NCBI GenBank assembly: GCA_902800645.1
Contig: CADCFC010000003.1
Span: forward strand, 1,598-65,597
DNA length: 64,000 nucleotides
Source of the DNA: an uncultured Erysipelotrichaceae bacterium
GTDB lineage: Bacteria > Bacillota_I > Bacilli_A > RFN20 > CAG-826
Reading direction: 5' to 3'
The first letter of the stretch is position 1. The number at the start of each line of letters is the position of its first letter. Shown piece after piece: positions 17,554 through 26,215 of this stretch. Below the pieces are notes generated by a model. It was given only the letters and a program-made list of their open reading frames with translations. It was not told the origin of the DNA and made no database searches. The position numbers were made by a program, and so were the translations under genes.

Positions 17554-19809
17554 TTAAAGACTATCTACTCTATCTTTGAATGATTTAATATCTCTCAACG
17601 AAATAGAAAGATATGGGGAAATCATCATTGTTGTAGCATGATCGATTGCGTTATACATGACTGAAAAATCATTATGAATTTGTTGGCATCTCTCAACAAA
17701 TGCATTTAATCCATGAACAGGTGTAGATTTATTTAACGAAGAAATAGAACTAATAATCGATTGGAGTCCACACGCTTTTTTCATTTTTACATCCATTATG
17801 CTTGAGGAAAAACAAGAATAACCTTTATCCACCACTTTTTTCTCAAACTCAAATTTGATAGTTTCAATCATTAATGCCTTTAAGAAGATATAGTTTATAA
17901 CATCAGAATATTTGTTGCTTCTAAACGAATTAAAAGGTCTTTTTGCAACATTCTCCCTAAATGTTACCATTAATCTAGAATCTCCATTGTAAGCTGATGG
18001 CACATTTTTATTACTATCGTGTGTCCTTACATAAAGCTGAGCCAAAGATGCTATTGTCAAAGTGCTTGTTCTATCCATATTTTTTCCCGCAAAATAATTA
18101 TTTGAACGATAATGTTCAAAACACGAAACAATCTTATCTTTAACATCATTACTCCAACCTACATCAATTTTTCCTGTTTTCGTTACAATTTCTAGATATT
18201 TCAACTTCTTAATTGTTTCTGTGTTTATGTTTCTTAGCGGAAGCGACATCGCGCAAAACATTAAATCAGGATCATAAGGGTACGTTGTCTTTTTGGTGGT
18301 AATAAAATCAACAAGAAAATACAAATCGTTTTTTCCAATCTTTTTTACCTCTTTGCTTGTGCATTTTTGATGCCAGTAATTATATGAGGAATCATTATAA
18401 ACATAATCTGGATCGTCTAAATAAAAGATGGCATCACATTTTTGAATCTCTGAGAGGTTATAAACGCATTCAAAATCATTAGTAAGCATATACCAATTAT
18501 GCAAACGCCTAAGTTTTAAAATCTTTTTTATATATTTAATGGCTAATAACTTAGTGTAATCATCATAGCTATCTATCGGATCATCAAGAATTAAAACGTC
18601 TGTGTCAGAAAAATATATTTCTGCGTAAAGCGTAACTAAAACCAATCTCTTAAATTCGCTTGTAGACAAGAATTCTTTGGCAGATTGTTTTTTGTTGTTG
18701 ATTTTAAAAACAAAGCCTTTCTTTCCATCAAGAGGTAAAATTTTAATATCATCATCAAGATGAATAATAGATCTAATCTCATTTATTACAAACAAATTAA
18801 AATTATTAATTTTTTTCAAATCTTTATTAGTTGTTCCATCTATTTCACCGATTTTGCTTTCAAGTTTATTTATTTTATCTAAACAACCAAAAATAGTGTC
18901 ATCTTCTTCTGGAATATTAATTTCTCCAATTTTATTAGACATCAAATATACATTGTCCATACATAATTGTATGTATAGCTTAAGAGCGATAAATAATTTT
19001 CTTTTATTGTTATTTGATTCTATACTATCAAATATTTTCTTAATTATTGGATTATCAGTTTTTTCCTTGAATAGAATCAGCCTTTTAACAAGGCTGTTCA
19101 TTTCTCTAACAGCGTTTTCATTTTTTATTATTTTTAATTGAGAATAGTGATTTTCAATATGTCTTATCAAAGAATTATAGTTTCTATACCTTTTTCCACA
19201 TAAAAGACATGTCTTAAAATGATTTAACTTTGAATAAAGTAGTATTGAAAAAACACTATCTTTAATCTCTTGATCTACATATAAATCATCTAGTTCGTCT
19301 TTCTCGATTTTGTCATAAGCATCATATCTATCAATAAACGATTTAATATCTAAATAAAGAGGATAATCTAAAGAAACATCCATATTTTCAATCGCACTAT
19401 CATCATAGTCTGCATATTTTTCCCTGATCCGACTTACATTCTTTTTAATGAGTTTAGGTTTATCACTTGCTTTGGTAACGTGATAAAACATTAAAACAAA
19501 ACTATTTTTAACAGCGGCCGTTAATGATTTTACCCCTAGCCCATTAACAAATGGTTTTGCTTTTTCGATTGACTCTTCGATGTGCTTCTTTTTTGTTTGC
19601 ATCTTCGCTGTTGAGCCAAGAAAAAATTCATCATCAAATTCATCAATTAAATCTTCAAGACTTTTGTTAGTAAATAATTTTACTTTTTTCCCATCTTTTC
19701 TTAGTTCATCTGCCATTTTAACGGAATTTGTAGTTTTTCCAAATCCATTAGGGGCATATATGATTGTTTTATTCCATTCTGTGAGAAAAGAGTTGCTATA
19801 TGGGTACAT
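17554..19809 (-). CDS. AAA_13-type ABC/SMC-like ATPase with a coiled-coil insert and CxxC, plus a ~340-aa C-terminal domain (RloC/PrrC-like architecture)
   Basis: Walker A is IIYAPNGFGKTT. A long helical insert contains CLLCGKRY. There is an ABC-signature-like LSTSEFKRLVLVTL, then Walker B/D-loop DVLILDDPIDSYDD. The C-terminal third is unassigned. Confidence 0.65.
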   Translation of the reverse strand: MYPYSNSFLTEWNKTIIYAPNGFGKTTNSVKMADELRKDGKKVKLFTNKSLEDLIDEFDDEFFLGSTAKMQTKKKHIEESIEKAKPFVNGLGVKSLTAAVKNSFVLMFYHVTKASDKPKLIKKNVSRIREKYADYDDSAIENMDVSLDYPLYLDIKSFIDRYDAYDKIEKDELDDLYVDQEIKDSVFSILLYSKLNHFKTCLLCGKRYRNYNSLIRHIENHYSQLKIIKNENAVREMNSLVKRLILFKEKTDNPIIKKIFDSIESNNNKRKLFIALKLYIQLCMDNVYLMSNKIGEINIPEEDDTIFGCLDKINKLESKIGEIDGTTNKDLKKINNFNLFVINEIRSIIHLDDDIKILPLDGKKGFVFKINNKKQSAKEFLSTSEFKRLVLVTLYAEIYFSDTDVLILDDPIDSYDDYTKLLAIKYIKKILKLRRLHNWYMLTNDFECVYNLSEIQKCDAIFYLDDPDYVYNDSSYNYWHQKCTSKEVKKIGKNDLYFLVDFITTKKTTYPYDPDLMFCAMSLPLRNINTETIKKLKYLEIVTKTGKIDVGWSNDVKDKIVSCFEHYRSNNYFAGKNMDRTSTLTIASLAQLYVRTHDSNKNVPSAYNGDSRLMVTFRENVAKRPFNSFRSNKYSDVINYIFLKALMIETIKFEFEKKVVDKGYSCFSSSIMDVKMKKACGLQSIISSISSLNKSTPVHGLNAFVERCQQIHNDFSVMYNAIDHATTMMISPYLSISLRDIKSFKDRVDSL

Positions 19810-20003
19810 AATATTGTTGTCTCCACTTCTTATATGATTATATCTTTAATTTGTTTGCTTAAGAAAGAGATATCTAAGGATGATTTTGGAAATTAATTCC
19901 TTATACCATTCAAAAAGAAAAAAGATTTGTCGAACCTCTTGAAACTAGAAAGAACGGGCAAATCAATAATTATAGATAGTCGGTTATTATAAATAAGTAA
20001 ATT

Positions 20004-21191
20004 CTATTTCTTCATTGACTCCAATGTGGAAATTAATTTATTCATAAAAATAGACTTACTATATTTGTTGAAGTAAACATTTTTAGAATGTTCACCAATC
20101 AATTGTAATTCTTTTGGGTTAAGATTCTTTATAAGATTCGCAAGCGATTCACTATCGCCAGATGGGCAAACAAATCCAACGTTATTATTCTTTATAAAAT
20201 TAGCACAACTCCCGTTGATAGCACCAATAATCGGCTTTCCAACCGCCATATAAGATTGAACTTTTCCTGGTATGGTCATGTTAGCATAAGGTTTATCTTC
20301 TAATGTAACAAGCATTGCATCAGCAATCTTATATAATCCTGGCATATCTTCTAATGGTCTTTGACCATAGAAAACAGCATTGTCTGTTTTTAATTCAGAA
20401 GCAAGTTTCTTAACATTATCTAATTCACTACCACTACCGACTATATGGAATTTAAAGTTTGGATCATCTTTTAATAACGCTGCTGCTCTTATAATAGTAT
20501 CTACTGATTGGGCTTTGCCAATATTCCCAGCAAACATTAGATCGATAACACCATTATCTTCGTTTTCAAAATCTGACTCTTCAAAAACAGTGTCAGCATA
20601 CTGAGGTAAATATCCAATATCTAATTCATTACAATTAGGTAATAATTTTATATAATCAATATGTTCTTTAGTACTAACCAAAATTTTGTCACACTTAGAA
20701 TATATATTAGATGATACTTTCTTATAGTGATTATAAATAAGCGAATCTTTTTTAATGCCACCCGCTAATAAGGACTCTGGCCATAAATCCATTTCATACA
20801 TCACTACTTTTTTATTATATTTCTTAGCATATTTAAGACCAGGATTAGCGCTCATAATAGGCGATAATTCATTAATTAAAACAACATCAAAATCTTTATC
20901 TAATTTATTAATTAACTTATTAGCATAGTGAGGAAAAGACCAATAGTTAAGAAATCTAAACAATATTCCATGTCTTCTCCCTATTTCTTTAGCGCGAATT
21001 ATCTTCACACCATTATGCTCTTGTACTCTATTTTTTCCGTGTTTGTAGTCATCAAAAATATATCCTTTTGGATAATTTGGGAGGCCACATAAAACAGTTA
21101 CTTGATGTCCTAAAGAAACTAAAGATTCCGCTATATCAGTAATACGGAAGTTTTCGGGCCAAAAGCGTTGCGAAATAATTAATATTTTCAT
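20004..21191 (-). CDS. GT-B (GT4, WbuB/WcaI-like) glycosyltransferase
   Basis: MKILIISQRFWPENFRITDIAESLVSLGHQVTVLCGLPNYPKG is a typical WbuB-like N-terminus. ATG 21191..21189 overlaps the upstream TGA (an ATGA junction); the track start at 21203 is an upstream in-frame alternative. Confidence 0.75.
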   Translation of the reverse strand: MKILIISQRFWPENFRITDIAESLVSLGHQVTVLCGLPNYPKGYIFDDYKHGKNRVQEHNGVKIIRAKEIGRRHGILFRFLNYWSFPHYANKLINKLDKDFDVVLINELSPIMSANPGLKYAKKYNKKVVMYEMDLWPESLLAGGIKKDSLIYNHYKKVSSNIYSKCDKILVSTKEHIDYIKLLPNCNELDIGYLPQYADTVFEESDFENEDNGVIDLMFAGNIGKAQSVDTIIRAAALLKDDPNFKFHIVGSGSELDNVKKLASELKTDNAVFYGQRPLEDMPGLYKIADAMLVTLEDKPYANMTIPGKVQSYMAVGKPIIGAINGSCANFIKNNNVGFVCPSGDSESLANLIKNLNPKELQLIGEHSKNVYFNKYSKSIFMNKLISTLESMKK

Positions 21192-22399
21192 TTTTTTATG
21201 CACAATAATTCTTTTATTAGATTCAAATAGTTTGTAAGCATTACCTGCTTTGAAAATAAAATATCATCCTGAAATGAATAATTTAATTCACCATTTGCCA
21301 TTTTTTGCATCATTTCAAATGCGCCAATATAATCACCTTTTTCAACAGCAAACCTTTGGTCAATCATTTCACACGAACCGCCGGTTTTGTAAGAAATAAC
21401 TGGGCATCCACAACAAAGCGCTTCTAAATTAACAGTTGGATAATTATCGTCGTAAGTTGGATTGAAAAACACGAAAGCAGACGAATATAACATCGCTAAT
21501 TCTTCTGGGCTATTCAGTCGATCAATGTGGTATATAGAATCAATTAACGGAATGTTGGGATTAATTTTCCCAACAATAATGATTTGAAAGTCATCTGAAA
21601 TTAGTTTTCCTAATGAAAGAATATCATTTAATCCTTTTTTTTCATTAAAAACACTGGCAACACATAAAATAATTTTCTTATCACTAAATTGTTTATTATC
21701 TTCAAAGTAGATATTTGTCTTATGGAATATTTTTGTATCAATCCCGTTGTTAATAACACGAATATCGTTTTTCTTAAAAAAGGATTCCTTTACAAGATTT
21801 GACATCCAAATAGAAGGAGTAACAATTACACCATCTTTGATCTTTGAAAATAAACTTTTTTTCAATAAATAATTGCGTTTTGAATTATCAAATAAAACCG
21901 AAGACGGATATTCATTTTTGCAAGGGCAACGATAGCATTGAGTTTTCCATTTTTCACATTTTTTATTGGCAAAATGCGCACAATGGCCTGTAAAATTCCA
22001 ACAATCATGAAAAACAAAAATGCTCTTTGTTTCACTATTAGCAATCCATTTTAAAAGAATCTTAATGTCTAAATAATATCCGTGCAAATTATGAGAGATA
22101 ATTAAATCGGGTTTAAATTTTGAAAGCATTTTAACTAATTTTTTTGTCGAAAAAAAAGAGCAAAAACCAGAATTGTCAAGTATTCTAGAGCTTAATGCGT
22201 GAATAGGCACCGAGAAGGGGAGCGAAAAGTTAGTTACATTTTTTTCTGTTTGTTTTACCTTCATTTTTCTTCCAAAAAAAACACGTGTTTCAAAACCACT
22301 CTTTTGAAGAAATTCATTAAGTTCAAAACATATTCTACCCGTTGACCCATATCGATAAACAGAGTTAATAATGGCAATTTTAAATTTCTTATTCATCAT
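21188..22399 (-). CDS. GT-B (GT4) glycosyltransferase
   Basis: C-terminal donor-binding region: FFNPTYDDNYPTVNLEALCCGCPVISYKTGG. Confidence 0.7.
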   Translation of the reverse strand: MMNKKFKIAIINSVYRYGSTGRICFELNEFLQKSGFETRVFFGRKMKVKQTEKNVTNFSLPFSVPIHALSSRILDNSGFCSFFSTKKLVKMLSKFKPDLIISHNLHGYYLDIKILLKWIANSETKSIFVFHDCWNFTGHCAHFANKKCEKWKTQCYRCPCKNEYPSSVLFDNSKRNYLLKKSLFSKIKDGVIVTPSIWMSNLVKESFFKKNDIRVINNGIDTKIFHKTNIYFEDNKQFSDKKIILCVASVFNEKKGLNDILSLGKLISDDFQIIIVGKINPNIPLIDSIYHIDRLNSPEELAMLYSSAFVFFNPTYDDNYPTVNLEALCCGCPVISYKTGGSCEMIDQRFAVEKGDYIGAFEMMQKMANGELNYSFQDDILFSKQVMLTNYLNLIKELLCIKK

Positions 22400-22883
22400 A
22401 TTCTTTGATTTCTTTTTGAAACGAACTGCCTACTAATGAATTAGGCTTAATATTTTTGTTTACAAAGCAACACGCCGCTACAACAGAAGAGTGTCCAATG
22501 ACTATATCTCCCAGCAATGTTGCTCTTGAACAAATCCAACAGCCATCTTCAATTACAATTGTAAGTTGATGACCAGCACCAGCCCTACGACTAGAATTTC
22601 CTATTTCGTGAGTTCCAGTTAATAAAACAACATGCGGGGCAACATCAACATTATTACCAATTTCAACGATACCATTTCCTTCGATTGAAAAGTCTCTTCC
22701 TATCCATGTTCCAGTCTTAACATAAAAGGAATTGATTTTTCCAAAAAAAATAGGTCCAACTATTTTAACATTCTTTTCTATTTTTACGTTTCTAATTGAA
22801 TTGAGCAAAAATCTTTTAAGTCTAAAGAATCTTGTTTTCGATAAAAAGTGATTTATAACAAATAAAACAAAGTTTCTCCACAT
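22389..22883 (-). CDS. Hexapeptide-repeat (LbH) sugar O-acetyltransferase, WcaF-like
   Basis: Hexapeptide-type repeats: IGNNVDVAPHVVLLTGTHE...IVIEDGCWICSRATLLGDIVIGHSSVVAACCFV. Confidence 0.75.
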   Translation of the reverse strand: MWRNFVLFVINHFLSKTRFFRLKRFLLNSIRNVKIEKNVKIVGPIFFGKINSFYVKTGTWIGRDFSIEGNGIVEIGNNVDVAPHVVLLTGTHEIGNSSRRAGAGHQLTIVIEDGCWICSRATLLGDIVIGHSSVVAACCFVNKNIKPNSLVGSSFQKEIKEYDE

Positions 22884-22984
22884 ATATTGAATTATACAAT
22901 AACCTTCTTTTTTTTAAAACAAATTATCTTTAAGATAAATGATATTTGAAATAATAATTAATGTATGATTAAATCAAATGTAGA

Positions 22985-24091
22985 ATGAAATCAAATGTCT
23001 TGTTAATAACTAATCTTCCATCATCATATTTTGTCGAATATGCAAATGAATTAGGCCGATATCTCGATTTAACAGTTGTTTTTGAGCGTGATTACGATTT
23101 GCACAAGAAGAAGGCGTCTGGTTACAATTTTGATAGCATGACTTTTAAGACTCTTTTTTTAACTAAAAGTAAAAGTAAAAAGGAAGATATCTTAACATTT
23201 AAATTAAGATTTTTCTTAAAGAAACAATATAGAAAATATAATAGAATTGTTTTTTGCAACCCTTGCTCTCCTACATCAATTCTTGCAGAACTATATTGTA
23301 TCAAAAAAAATATTCCCTATTGTGTCCAAAGCGAAGGAGGTTTCCCAAAAAACGGAAACGGTATCAAAGAAAAGATTAAAAAAATCATATATAAAAATGC
23401 ATCTTTATACCTAACAGGGATGCTTAATGAAAATAACTATTTTCTTCATTATGGTGCAAAAGAAAACAAACTTCGAAAGTACAATTTTTCTTCATTGCAT
23501 GAAAGCGATATACAAACCAGAGTTATCGCCGAAGAAGAAAAACAACAATTAAGGAAAAAACTCGGAATAAATGGAAAACGACTCGTACTGTGTGTAAGTC
23601 AAGTTATCCAAAGGAAAGGTATTGATACACTAATAAGGGCGGCTGCAGAGTTTAATGATGATGTTGCTTTTTATGTTATTGGAGGGAAACCAGATTATTA
23701 CTATTCTTCTCTAATTAAAGACTTAAAAATACGTAATTTTTATTTTGTTAAAAGAATATCTAAAGACTTGTTAAGCCTTTACTATAAGGCTGCTGATTTA
23801 TTTATATTGTTAACAAGGGAAGATGTGTGGGGTTTGGTTATAAACGAAGCAATGGCGTATGGGCTACCTGTTATAACAACAAACAAATGCCTTGCTGGTG
23901 TACAATTGATTAAGGATCTCGAAAATGGTTTTATAATTGATAGTGATGATTATAAATTGGCACGAGACAAAATTATTTTTTTACTCAACGATGAAAAGCT
24001 GAGAAAAAGGATTGCTATTGCAAATTTAAAAAAAATTAAAAATTACACGATTGAAAGAATGGCGGAAACAATTGCCAATTATCTCAAATAA
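22985..24091 (+). CDS. GT-B (GT4) glycosyltransferase
   Basis: RKGIDTLIRAAAEF...LLTREDVWGLVINEAMAYGLPVITTN (EX7E-type region). Confidence 0.75.
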   Translation: MKSNVLLITNLPSSYFVEYANELGRYLDLTVVFERDYDLHKKKASGYNFDSMTFKTLFLTKSKSKKEDILTFKLRFFLKKQYRKYNRIVFCNPCSPTSILAELYCIKKNIPYCVQSEGGFPKNGNGIKEKIKKIIYKNASLYLTGMLNENNYFLHYGAKENKLRKYNFSSLHESDIQTRVIAEEEKQQLRKKLGINGKRLVLCVSQVIQRKGIDTLIRAAAEFNDDVAFYVIGGKPDYYYSSLIKDLKIRNFYFVKRISKDLLSLYYKAADLFILLTREDVWGLVINEAMAYGLPVITTNKCLAGVQLIKDLENGFIIDSDDYKLARDKIIFLLNDEKLRKRIAIANLKKIKNYTIERMAETIANYLK

Positions 24092-24092
24092 T

Positions 24093-25265
24093 ATGAAAAA
24101 GATCGCTTTTTTTATGTCATCATTGAAAATTGCTGGTGTTGAGCAAGCGCTGGTCAACTACATTAATTTTCTCAACGATAGTTTTCCTTCACACCAAATA
24201 CATTTATATCTATTAAAAAAAGAAGGTGAACTTCTCAATGAGCTTAATTCCAATTGCCTTGTACACGAAATAATTATGGATAATCACGATAAAAAACTAC
24301 TTTTTTTGGGTGGATTTAAAGAATCGATCAAATATTATTTAAAGAGGTTAAAAATACTTTCTGCTCTTCGAATTGCTTTTAGAAGAATCGTTTTACACCG
24401 CATAGATTATGATTTAATAAACTTCGAAAAGATAGAAAGCATTACAAATCAATTTGATGTAGCAATTTGTTATATGGCTCACATGCCATTTTTGATAAAA
24501 TACGTTATTTCCAAAGTAACAGCTAAACAAAAATCTTTATTTATTCACAGTGACTTTGTTAAAACTGGTTATCGAATTGATTATTTTAAAAAATATATTA
24601 CTCTTTATGAAAACTTCTGCTGTGTTTCAAAAGACCTTGAGAAACAATTTTTAAATATTTATCCAGAATTAAAATCTAAGACTTGTGTAATTCATAATTT
24701 TTTTCCTTACAAAAAAATAATTTTAAACTCCAATAAAGAAACAATACAAAAGGACGCTAATAAATTAAATCTTTTGACCGTAGGTAATTTTACCAAAGAA
24801 AAAGGGTATGACATTGCGATTAAAACGGCCAACATTCTCAAGTCTCGCAACATTAATTTTTGCTGGACAATGATAGGCGACGGGAAAGAACTTAAAAAAA
24901 TGCTATCTCTAACAAAGAAATGGGGCTTATCTGATTATTTAGTTTTTAAAGGCAAATTGAGCAATCCATATCCATATTACAAAGCTTGCGATTTATATGT
25001 TCAAACTTCAAAAACAGAAGGTTATTGCACCACGGTCGTAGAATCAAAACTATTCAACAACAAAATTATTACAACTAATGCTCCAGGAATGAAAGAAATA
25101 TTGACTAACTATAAACAAGCAATCATATGCGACTCTTTTAATCCAACAACAATCGCTGATCAAATTGTTCTTTTATCAAATTATTCTGGTAGCAAATCAA
25201 TATTTGATCCAAAAGAGTACAACAACACTATTCTAAAAATTTCAAAAACCGTCTTCAACCTTTAG
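24093..25265 (+). CDS. GT-B (GT4) glycosyltransferase
   Basis: KEKGYDIAIKTA...VQTSKTEGYCTTVVESKLFNNKIITTN. The start is set at ATG 24093 (MKKIAFFMSSLKIAGVEQAL), directly after the TAA of the previous gene; the track start at 24051 overlaps that gene. Confidence 0.7.
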   Translation: MKKIAFFMSSLKIAGVEQALVNYINFLNDSFPSHQIHLYLLKKEGELLNELNSNCLVHEIIMDNHDKKLLFLGGFKESIKYYLKRLKILSALRIAFRRIVLHRIDYDLINFEKIESITNQFDVAICYMAHMPFLIKYVISKVTAKQKSLFIHSDFVKTGYRIDYFKKYITLYENFCCVSKDLEKQFLNIYPELKSKTCVIHNFFPYKKIILNSNKETIQKDANKLNLLTVGNFTKEKGYDIAIKTANILKSRNINFCWTMIGDGKELKKMLSLTKKWGLSDYLVFKGKLSNPYPYYKACDLYVQTSKTEGYCTTVVESKLFNNKIITTNAPGMKEILTNYKQAIICDSFNPTTIADQIVLLSNYSGSKSIFDPKEYNNTILKISKTVFNL

Positions 25266-26215
25266 ATGCGTTTTAAAATAAGTTTTAATTTAAGATATTT
25301 AATAAAGTATTTAATGCCTAGAGGCGCGTTTTTCTTAATTAGTAAAGTGGGATATGCATTTAGTGTCTTTCTCAGCTTTGCTTTTTCACTATCTGAGAGT
25401 AACGAAATCTTAATATGCCAGACAGTGTCAAGCAAAGTTTTTGAATAATTTTTCAATAAAAAAGAGAACAATTCATTATAATTATTAAGCGATAATTGCA
25501 TATTATTAATGTCCGAAATTCTTAACAAACAAGCTTGCTGCATGCCTATAGCTGTTTTGTTAGTAATTCTTTTTCTCAAAATAGAATCAGGGTTGTCCCT
25601 ATAGAAATACAAACTGCAGTCTAATACAGCAACCTTATTTGCATTTAAAAAGGTTTTATAAATTGTCGCAACATCTTCGTATAAGGAAATGTCTTCTGGA
25701 TAACGAACGGATTCCCAAAGATAAGCTTTGTACATCTTCACACAAGAAAAAGAAAAAATTTCATTTTTAAAAAGTTTAAGTAACGCTTCTTCTCTTTCAC
25801 AAACGCACATTAAACCGTTGTCCTCAAAACAATTTTCTATACACGTCACATTTCCTGTTGCAATATCGGAATTTGTGTTAATTATAATTTTCAAATAACT
25901 ATTAATAAAATGAGGAGATAAAACATCGTCCGAATCTAGAAAAACAAAATACGAATCTCGTATAATGTTGGCATATTTTTCAAAAATATAATTTAGAGCA
26001 AAATTTCTTGCTGAAGAACTGCCGCCGTTATTTTTATTAAGTATTACATAATTATCAAATTTTAAATAATTCTCCAAAATATAGTGTGAAGAATCAGTTG
26101 AACCGTCGTTAACACAAACAACAAAAATATTCTTATACGTTTGCGCAAATACGGAGTCCAAGCACTCTTTCAAATACTTCTCGCTGTTAAATACAGGAAT
26201 AATAACAAAAACCAT
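25262..26215 (-). CDS. Family-2 glycosyltransferase
   Basis: VIIPVFNSEKYLKECLDSVFAQTYKNIFVVCVNDGSTDSS and FLDSDD (DxD motif). Confidence 0.8.
   Translation of the reverse strand: MVFVIIPVFNSEKYLKECLDSVFAQTYKNIFVVCVNDGSTDSSHYILENYLKFDNYVILNKNNGGSSSARNFALNYIFEKYANIIRDSYFVFLDSDDVLSPHFINSYLKIIINTNSDIATGNVTCIENCFEDNGLMCVCEREEALLKLFKNEIFSFSCVKMYKAYLWESVRYPEDISLYEDVATIYKTFLNANKVAVLDCSLYFYRDNPDSILRKRITNKTAIGMQQACLLRISDINNMQLSLNNYNELFSFLLKNYSKTLLDTVWHIKISLLSDSEKAKLRKTLNAYPTLLIKKNAPLGIKYFIKYLKLKLILKRI

Noticed and set aside
16209-19809. AAA ATPase plus the downstream 307-aa gene considered as a PARIS-like (AriA/AriB) or Septu-like pair
   Set aside because: The genes are separated by 420 nt containing a full repeat copy. 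The 307-aa protein shows no TOPRIM (E...DxD), DUF4435 or HNH motif that I can see, and the ATPase looks AAA_13 rather than AAA_15/21.
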